The notes under the pieces were generated by a model. It had not been told where the DNA came from. It did no database searches and was given only the letters and a program-made list of their open reading frames with translations. A DNA stretch of 31,276 nt, taken from the IMG/VR virus record IMGVR_UViG_3300020045_005261, positions 1 to 31,276 of that record, one strand, 5' to 3'. Below are positions 25,229-31,276 of this stretch, one piece after another. Numbering within the stretch: the first letter of the stretch is position 1; each line of letters opens with the position of its first letter. This DNA comes from a virus. Lineage: Duplodnaviria > Caudoviricetes. Position numbers and translations under genes: made by a program.

Positions 25229-26992
25229 ATGAGTGCTGAAAAAAAAGTAGTAACAATAAAAGGAGAAGAATTACCTATTTCTCAATGTAGAAAATTTAAT
25301 AAACTTTATTATAAATTAGGAGATATTAATATTCAAAATTCAGGAGATTGTTATTTAATTAATGGTAAATGTTATAGAGAGGAAACTGGATTAATTGGGT
25401 ATAACCATAGTATTAAACAATATATTGTTTTAGATAATTCTGTAATTCATGGAGTTGTTGATATAATAGAAAATAAATTAATAATAGGATATTTTAATAA
25501 TAATGTAAAATATTCTAAAATTATAGATAAAAATAATAATACTTTTTATTTATTTAATCCAGAATTATTTAAAGATAATAAAGAATATAGAGAGCAATTA
25601 TCTACTGGAGATTTTTATCATATATCAAGATTACCAGCGTATAAATTTAATTCTATTATATTTCCAAATAAAAATTATAAATATAGTTTACCATATGACT
25701 CAAAGGGAATTATTGGAAATAATTTAAAGAATTATAATGAAAATTATAATCCTGAAATTTCAAAGAATATTAAGAATTATGCACCATTATTAGAAAATTT
25801 ATCATTTGGTTTAGAATTTGAAACTACTAAAGGATTTATTCCAAATAGAATTCTTGATAAATATGGATTAATTCCATTAAGAGATGGTTCTATTTCAGGT
25901 ATTGAATATGTTACAGTACCTATGGAAGGTGAAAAAGGATTACAATGTACTGTAGATATTCTTAATGTATTGAAAGAAAGAACTGAATACAGCGATGATA
26001 CTTGTTCATTACATTTACATTTAGGAAATATTCCAAGAACAAAGGAATTCATATTAGCATTTTTTAAAGTTGGTATGAAAATTCAAGATGAAATGTTTAA
26101 AATGTTTCCTTTATACAAAAAGTATAATTACCATATTAAAAATAAAAATTATTCTGCACCATTACCAACATTTGAAATTTTATCACAACTAGATCCAATC
26201 ATCAATTCTGATAATATTGATATTAATTTTGGAGTATTATATAAATATTTATCAATGGGTCAAGATTTTAAATCTATTGGAAATAGTCTTGATAATGTTC
26301 ATAGTCATCCAGCAGATCCAAATGGTAATCAGAAATGGAACATTCGACCAAGATATTTATTATATAACATAATTCCGTTAATCTTTGGTAATAAACAAAC
26401 TATTGAATTTAGAATTCATACACCTACTTATGAAGTAAATAAAATTTTACCATTTATATTTATGAATACTTTAATAGTTAATTTTACAATAAGGAATCAA
26501 AATATGATTTTAAAAACTAAATCTTTTTTAAAAGAATTAACTTTAATTGATATTTTAAATAGTCAAATTGATAACTATGACGTTTCTAATAAAAATATAT
26601 TTAGAGATTTAATGTATGATTATATTGAAAAAAGAAAGAATTATTGTGAAAGACAAATTTTAGCTGGTAATATTTTAGGTACTGAATCTGAAATACCTTT
26701 TTCAAATTATATTGATTGGTTAGATATTAAAAAAAATAAACATTCAATATCATATAATACTTCTACAACTTCAATAAATATAAATGATTTAAAACCTTTT
26801 ATTATAGGAAAACCAAGAGTTTATAAATCTAAATCTATTGTATCTGCAGAAAGTTATTATTCTCAACTTAGTGATATGAATAATTTTTATAAAGATTCAT
26901 GGTCTAATAGTATTGGGATTATAAATAAAATAGAAAAATTAGAAAAAATAGATAACCCTAAAACAAATTCAGATGACAACCTCCCTTTCTAA
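25229..26992 (+). CDS. Putative amidoligase (COOH-NH2 ligase superfamily)
   Basis: FGLEFE, DGSISGIEYVT, CSLHLH, TIEFR. Confidence 0.85.
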   Translation: MSAEKKVVTIKGEELPISQCRKFNKLYYKLGDINIQNSGDCYLINGKCYREETGLIGYNHSIKQYIVLDNSVIHGVVDIIENKLIIGYFNNNVKYSKIIDKNNNTFYLFNPELFKDNKEYREQLSTGDFYHISRLPAYKFNSIIFPNKNYKYSLPYDSKGIIGNNLKNYNENYNPEISKNIKNYAPLLENLSFGLEFETTKGFIPNRILDKYGLIPLRDGSISGIEYVTVPMEGEKGLQCTVDILNVLKERTEYSDDTCSLHLHLGNIPRTKEFILAFFKVGMKIQDEMFKMFPLYKKYNYHIKNKNYSAPLPTFEILSQLDPIINSDNIDINFGVLYKYLSMGQDFKSIGNSLDNVHSHPADPNGNQKWNIRPRYLLYNIIPLIFGNKQTIEFRIHTPTYEVNKILPFIFMNTLIVNFTIRNQNMILKTKSFLKELTLIDILNSQIDNYDVSNKNIFRDLMYDYIEKRKNYCERQILAGNILGTESEIPFSNYIDWLDIKKNKHSISYNTSTTSININDLKPFIIGKPRVYKSKSIVSAESYYSQLSDMNNFYKDSWSNSIGIINKIEKLEKIDNPKTNSDDNLPF

Positions 26993-27677
26993 AAATAAAG
27001 ATAGTATTGATTGGAAAAAAGAATTAGATTTAGATTGGTCAATAACTTTATCTAATTTATTAGAATCCGATTATGGAAAGAATCTAAATACTTTTATAGA
27101 ACAAATTTATTTATCTGATAAAGAAGTTTATCCAATAAAAAGTAGATTATTTACACCTTTTAGAAGATGTTCTTTAAAAGATGTAAAAATTGTTGTAATT
27201 GATGATAGACCTGTTAAAGATTTAAGATCATCAGGAATAGGTAGAGGATTAATTGAACCCTCTAGTTTAATTAAAAATTTACCTATGGAATTAAGAGAAT
27301 TTAGAGATTGTATATTTGAGACAATATATGGTAATCAATATAGTATAACTAATTTTGATAATAGTTTATATGATTATTGTGATAATGACATGTTATTTTT
27401 AAATTGTTCAATGTGTGTTGAAAATAATAAAGATTATACTGTAGTTTGGAAAAATTTTATTCGTAATGTAATTCAAGAAATTAATAAAAAAAAAGAGAAT
27501 ATTGTATATTTATTTTTAACAGGAAACAATTTAGATTTACGTAATTATATTGACGAAAGTAAAAATAAAGTTATTGTGAATCCATTTTCAGTATTAATGA
27601 GTTATTCAACTATCTTTACAGAATTAGATGAATATATTGAAAATAAATATCCTCCATTTAATAGAATATTATGGTAG
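26973..27677 (+). CDS. Uracil-DNA glycosylase family 1-like protein with degenerate catalytic motifs
   Basis: VYP...F..F......VKIVVI, LFLN, W..F...VI; GQDPY replaced by DDRPV and HPSP by NPFS. Confidence 0.72.
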   Translation: MTTSLSKNKDSIDWKKELDLDWSITLSNLLESDYGKNLNTFIEQIYLSDKEVYPIKSRLFTPFRRCSLKDVKIVVIDDRPVKDLRSSGIGRGLIEPSSLIKNLPMELREFRDCIFETIYGNQYSITNFDNSLYDYCDNDMLFLNCSMCVENNKDYTVVWKNFIRNVIQEINKKKENIVYLFLTGNNLDLRNYIDESKNKVIVNPFSVLMSYSTIFTELDEYIENKYPPFNRILW

Positions 27678-28147
27678 AAAATGAATTAATCTGGATTCCA
27701 TATAACACTCCTGCTTTAAAAAATAGTAAGGTTAAGACAAGTAGGGGTATATTTAGTTCTCCTACAGTAAAAAAGTATTTAAGAAAGTTAGGAATTCAAA
27801 GTTATTCTTCTAGTAGAAAAACAGTTATGGGATATGTCACAAGACCAAATGAATTTGAAAAACTTCGAGAACAATTTGAAAAATCATTATCAAATAAAGG
27901 GTTTCCTGTATTAATATGCTTTCATTTTGTTCGAGATAGTAAGCGTTTGTTTGATTTTGGTAATGCCACGGAAATTATATTTGATTTGCTTACAGCACAT
28001 TCTATAATTCCCGACGACAACGTTTCATTTATATTCCCATCAATTATGACAGTTGATGGGATTTTACCAAATGAAGAAAATATTAGAAAATTAGAATGGT
28101 ATAGTATTAATAAAGACCAAAGTGGAGTTTGGATTAAAATAATTTAA
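27671..28147 (+). CDS. RusA-like Holliday junction resolvase
   Basis: PALKNS, FDFGN......DLL....IPDDN acidic pattern. Confidence 0.7.
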   Translation: MVENELIWIPYNTPALKNSKVKTSRGIFSSPTVKKYLRKLGIQSYSSSRKTVMGYVTRPNEFEKLREQFEKSLSNKGFPVLICFHFVRDSKRLFDFGNATEIIFDLLTAHSIIPDDNVSFIFPSIMTVDGILPNEENIRKLEWYSINKDQSGVWIKII

Positions 28148-28149
28148 AA

Positions 28150-28440
28150 ATGAAAAAAGAACTATTACAAAAAATTAGTGGGTTATGTTGTTTTGCGTTA
28201 AGTGATAAAGAATGTATCAAATTACAAAGATATTTAATAACTGAAGATTATACATCTGCAAGATTGTATTTAGAAAAAATTATTGAAAGTATCGAATGGA
28301 CTTTAGCATTTGATGAAAATGATGAAATTGTTAAGAAACAATTAGTCGATAGTAATTCACTAATGGATTTGGTAATGGAACTAACAATTATAAATGAAGG
28401 AGATAAAGAAAGAGAACAAGTTAGAGCAATTACTCAATAA
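28150..28440 (+). CDS. Hypothetical protein
   Basis: 96 aa, packed. Confidence 0.7.
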   Translation: MKKELLQKISGLCCFALSDKECIKLQRYLITEDYTSARLYLEKIIESIEWTLAFDENDEIVKKQLVDSNSLMDLVMELTIINEGDKEREQVRAITQ

Positions 28441-29428
28441 TGAAGAAGTTATAGATTTAAAATTGTCATATTCACGCATTAGTGATTTTGATAGAAATGG
28501 TGCTAAAGCCTTAATCCGTCCCTCCAATCCTGAAGGTGATGGATTAAGATTTGGTTCTTATGTAGATGATTTATTAGTAGATAAAGTTACAAATAATAAT
28601 TTATGTAAAAATTTATATGTTGTTTATGATGATAATAAACCAACTGCAACATTAGGTATATTATGTGATATTATTATAGATAATTATGATGTAATTCCTG
28701 ATGTAAATACAGTTTTAAAAATTGTAAAACATAATGGATTTTGGAGTAATATTAAAACTGATGAAAAATTAATATCTAATTTTGATAAAGATGAATTTTG
28801 GAATTATATCAAAATTAAATTTGAAACTAAAGATAAAGTTATAGTTACTCAAAAAGAATCGCAAGATGCTGAAGAATGTGTTAATTTATTATTAAACCAT
28901 AAACATACACATCATTTATTTAATAACAATTTTGAGAATCATTATCAATATAAGTTTGAATTTTCTTATAAAGGATTTAATTTAAGAGGTATAATTGATA
29001 AATTATCAATTGACCATAAAAATAAAATTGTTTATATGGAAGATATTAAAACAGGTTCATCAAGAGCTGATGAATTTACAAAAAGTTTTATTAAATATTG
29101 TTATTATTTTCAAGAATCAGTTTATGTAAAAGCATTTGATAGTATTTGTGAAAAATTAGGATTAGTTGATTACACATTAGCACCATTTAAATTCATATTC
29201 GTAGGTAGAGGTGAAAAAGTTCCTCACATATTTGAAATAAGTGATAAATGGCATAATGCTGCAATTAATGGATTTACAACAAAAGCAGGTTATAAGTATA
29301 AAGGTTTAGATGAAAATTTAGATTTAATTTATTATCATTGGAAAAATAAACTTTATGATTTTAGTCAAGAAGTTTATGAAAATAACGGAAGTTTAATATT
29401 AAATGATAATTTTATAGAAGTAAATTAA
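28394..29428 (+). CDS. PD-(D/E)XK exonuclease (RecB/RecE-like)
   Basis: LSYSRI, FGSYVD, RGIIDK, EDIKT, YYFQ...Y. Confidence 0.82.
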   Translation: MKEIKKENKLEQLLNNEEVIDLKLSYSRISDFDRNGAKALIRPSNPEGDGLRFGSYVDDLLVDKVTNNNLCKNLYVVYDDNKPTATLGILCDIIIDNYDVIPDVNTVLKIVKHNGFWSNIKTDEKLISNFDKDEFWNYIKIKFETKDKVIVTQKESQDAEECVNLLLNHKHTHHLFNNNFENHYQYKFEFSYKGFNLRGIIDKLSIDHKNKIVYMEDIKTGSSRADEFTKSFIKYCYYFQESVYVKAFDSICEKLGLVDYTLAPFKFIFVGRGEKVPHIFEISDKWHNAAINGFTTKAGYKYKGLDENLDLIYYHWKNKLYDFSQEVYENNGSLILNDNFIEVN

Positions 29429-29812
29429 ATGGAAGAAAAAATTAAAACAGTTGCTATTTTTATGGGATTGTTTCAAGATGACAAAGGTTTTTGGGGATTT
29501 AAAAATACACCTGAATATCAACGATGTCATTCTGATAGAATTAAAGATGTTTATCAATATGATAGAGATTGGAATTTGTTAATGAAAGTTATTGAAAAGA
29601 TTACATCTATTTTAATGTTAGATGATAATTTTAAATATAATTATCTTTATATTGGTTATGATTTTGAAGATAAAGAACATTATGTTAATTTATATGTATC
29701 AGAAGATAAACAAATTAACGGAATATCTAAAACATCTAAAATAGAAGCTGTGTATGAAGCAGTAGTAAAATTTATTAACTTTTATAATAAACAAAAGGAA
29801 GAAATAAATTAA
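29429..29812 (+). CDS. Hypothetical phage protein
   Basis: 127 aa; YDRDWNLLMKVIEKI and IEAVYEAVVKFI motifs. Confidence 0.8.
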   Translation: MEEKIKTVAIFMGLFQDDKGFWGFKNTPEYQRCHSDRIKDVYQYDRDWNLLMKVIEKITSILMLDDNFKYNYLYIGYDFEDKEHYVNLYVSEDKQINGISKTSKIEAVYEAVVKFINFYNKQKEEIN

Positions 29813-30531
29813 TGAGTAAAATTACAGGTATATATAAAATAGAAAGTCCATCTGAACGAATCTATATAGGACAAGCTGTAGATATTACTAGACGATTCAA
29901 AGAATATAAAAATATAAAAAAAAGTAAATTACAAATAAAATTACATCGATCTTTTAATAAATATGGAATAGAAAATCACATATTTGAAATAGTTGAAGAA
30001 ACAATTTCAGAAGATTTAAATAATAAAGAAAGATATTGGCAAGATTTTTATGAAGTAATTTCAAAAAAAGGATTAAATTGTACTTTAGTAAAATCAGATG
30101 ATAGATCTGGTGTTTTAAATGAAGAAACTAAATTAAAAATTAGTTTAGCAAATACTGGAAATTTTCATAATGAGGAAACTCGTGCTAAAATGGGAATTAA
30201 AAATAAAGGTAGAATTGCATCTCAAGAAACTAGAGATAAAATGTCTAAATCTAGAAAAGGTGTAAAATTATCAGATGAGCATATAAAATCAATAAGTGAA
30301 GGTAGAAAAGGAATTATTTTCTCAGATGAACATAAGCAAAACTTAGCTAATAAAAAATTAGGAACAAGAAATAAAAGTTTAGAAAAAAAAGTAATTGATG
30401 TAGAAACTGGAATTATTTATAATTCTATTAAAGAAGTATCTAATTTATTTAATATTAACTATGATAAATTAGGAAGTTGGTTACGTGGTGATGTTAATAA
30501 TAGATCTAATTTTAAATTTTATTATGAATAA
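29812..30531 (+). CDS. GIY-YIG homing endonuclease with NUMOD3 repeats and C-terminal HTH
   Basis: GIYKI...IYIGQA...RRF, EETR/SDEH repeats, YNSIKEVS. Confidence 0.9.
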   Translation: MSKITGIYKIESPSERIYIGQAVDITRRFKEYKNIKKSKLQIKLHRSFNKYGIENHIFEIVEETISEDLNNKERYWQDFYEVISKKGLNCTLVKSDDRSGVLNEETKLKISLANTGNFHNEETRAKMGIKNKGRIASQETRDKMSKSRKGVKLSDEHIKSISEGRKGIIFSDEHKQNLANKKLGTRNKSLEKKVIDVETGIIYNSIKEVSNLFNINYDKLGSWLRGDVNNRSNFKFYYE

Positions 30532-31087
30532 ACCACGTTATAATAAATCGAAGTCGTATTTGCTTCCATTAATATCAGAAGTACTAGATTTAAATATAAA
30601 ATTCTTACCTTATCTTATCAATACATATTTATTTGATGAAAATAATGAATATGAAAACTGTATATTTATATTACATGAATTCAATTTTAAAAATCCTGAA
30701 TTCACTAAATATGAACATAAACTTACAAATAATGAATTGTTTGTAAAACATATTGATATAGATGATAAAGTAGTATATATATTTAAATTTCCAGAAGAAT
30801 ATCTTAATGAATATAATTGTTTATTAAATAGTCAATACTCCAAATTTGGAGATGATGCTAAACAATTAATTTTAAGATTTTGGGGAGAAGTATATTCTGG
30901 TAATTCTGCAGGTGTAAACTTTCTACTAAAAGTAAAACAAATATTATACAAAGAAATAAAACTAAAAGAGAGATTACAAAAGGAGTTAGGGGTTATCATA
31001 GATGATAACCAAGAGTTGGGAGATTACGTTAATCCTCATAATGAAGTACTAATACTAACGGAAGTTGGAGGGAAAGTATGGAAATAA
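30524..31087 (+). CDS. Hypothetical protein (likely start 30524)
   Basis: ATG overlaps the endonuclease gene end; MNKPRYNKSKSYLLP. Confidence 0.8.
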   Translation: MNKPRYNKSKSYLLPLISEVLDLNIKFLPYLINTYLFDENNEYENCIFILHEFNFKNPEFTKYEHKLTNNELFVKHIDIDDKVVYIFKFPEEYLNEYNCLLNSQYSKFGDDAKQLILRFWGEVYSGNSAGVNFLLKVKQILYKEIKLKERLQKELGVIIDDNQELGDYVNPHNEVLILTEVGGKVWK

Positions 31088-31276
31088 ACAATAATAATTT
31101 AAATAAAAATATGTTAAAAAGAAGTTTGTTAGTTAAACGAACAAGTGTGTTACCTGAAGAATATCCAGAATTAGAAACATTTTTATTATCAATTAATAAA
31201 ACAATGTGGTTTGTAAATAAATGGGATTTTTCTTCAGATAAGAATGATTTTAATAATTTTATGTCATTCAAAGAAA
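31078..31276 (+). CDS. nrdB: Ribonucleotide reductase class I beta subunit, 5' partial (start 31078 or 31111)
   Basis: Open to the window end: KRTSVLPEEYPEL....INKTMWFVNKWDFSSDKNDF fits the R2 N-terminal P..YP...W.......D..D pattern. Confidence 0.7.
   Translation, partial: MEINNNNLNKNMLKRSLLVKRTSVLPEEYPELETFLLSINKTMWFVNKWDFSSDKNDFNNFMSFKE

Noticed and set aside
13598-26052. Minus-strand ORFs at 13598, 14960, 15514, 17084, 17475, 18217, 18607, 24848 and 25777
   Set aside because: All are antisense shadows of well-supported + strand genes and have no motifs
29415-29820. Target-site duplication around the 127-aa gene (EVN*M versus EIN*M)
   Set aside because: Match is too short and AT-rich to separate from chance
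31029-31271. 80-aa minus-strand ORF
   Set aside because: Shadow of the nrdB-like + frame
1-31276. Stop-codon reassignment, CRISPR array, integrase or structural genes
   Set aside because: Genes are full length under code 11, no regularly spaced repeats were seen, and no such motifs were recognised

Overview
Very AT-rich segment of a lytic dsDNA phage genome, with all credible genes on the + strand. The likely host is Bacteroidota (A-rich AATTATG leaders without Shine-Dalgarno, a TAnnTTTG promoter motif), and the replication module is crAss-like. 1-6.4 kb is an early/accessory region with tiny membrane proteins, tRNA-Leu(UAA) and several putative structured RNAs. 6.4-18 kb holds the replication genes: family B polymerase, DnaB-like helicase, AAA ATPase, SSB-like protein, primase, two GIY-YIG/NUMOD3 homing endonucleases and a tRNA-like RNA. 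18-27 kb is an expanded phiEco32-like amide/peptide-ligase cluster: 2 gamma-glutamylcyclotransferase-fold proteins, 2 class I amidotransferases, an ATP-grasp ligase, a frameshifted COOH-NH2 ligase, a divergent peptide deformylase, a class II amidotransferase with a propeptide, and an amidoligase. 27-31.3 kb has a degenerate UNG homolog, a RusA-like resolvase, a PD-(D/E)XK nuclease, a third GIY-YIG gene and the start of nrdB. The best novelty candidates are the ligase cluster, the tRNA-like RNA with a 69-nt central insert, and + strand tracts complementary to start-codon regions placed next to structured RNAs. All calls come from motif reading by eye; no searches were run.
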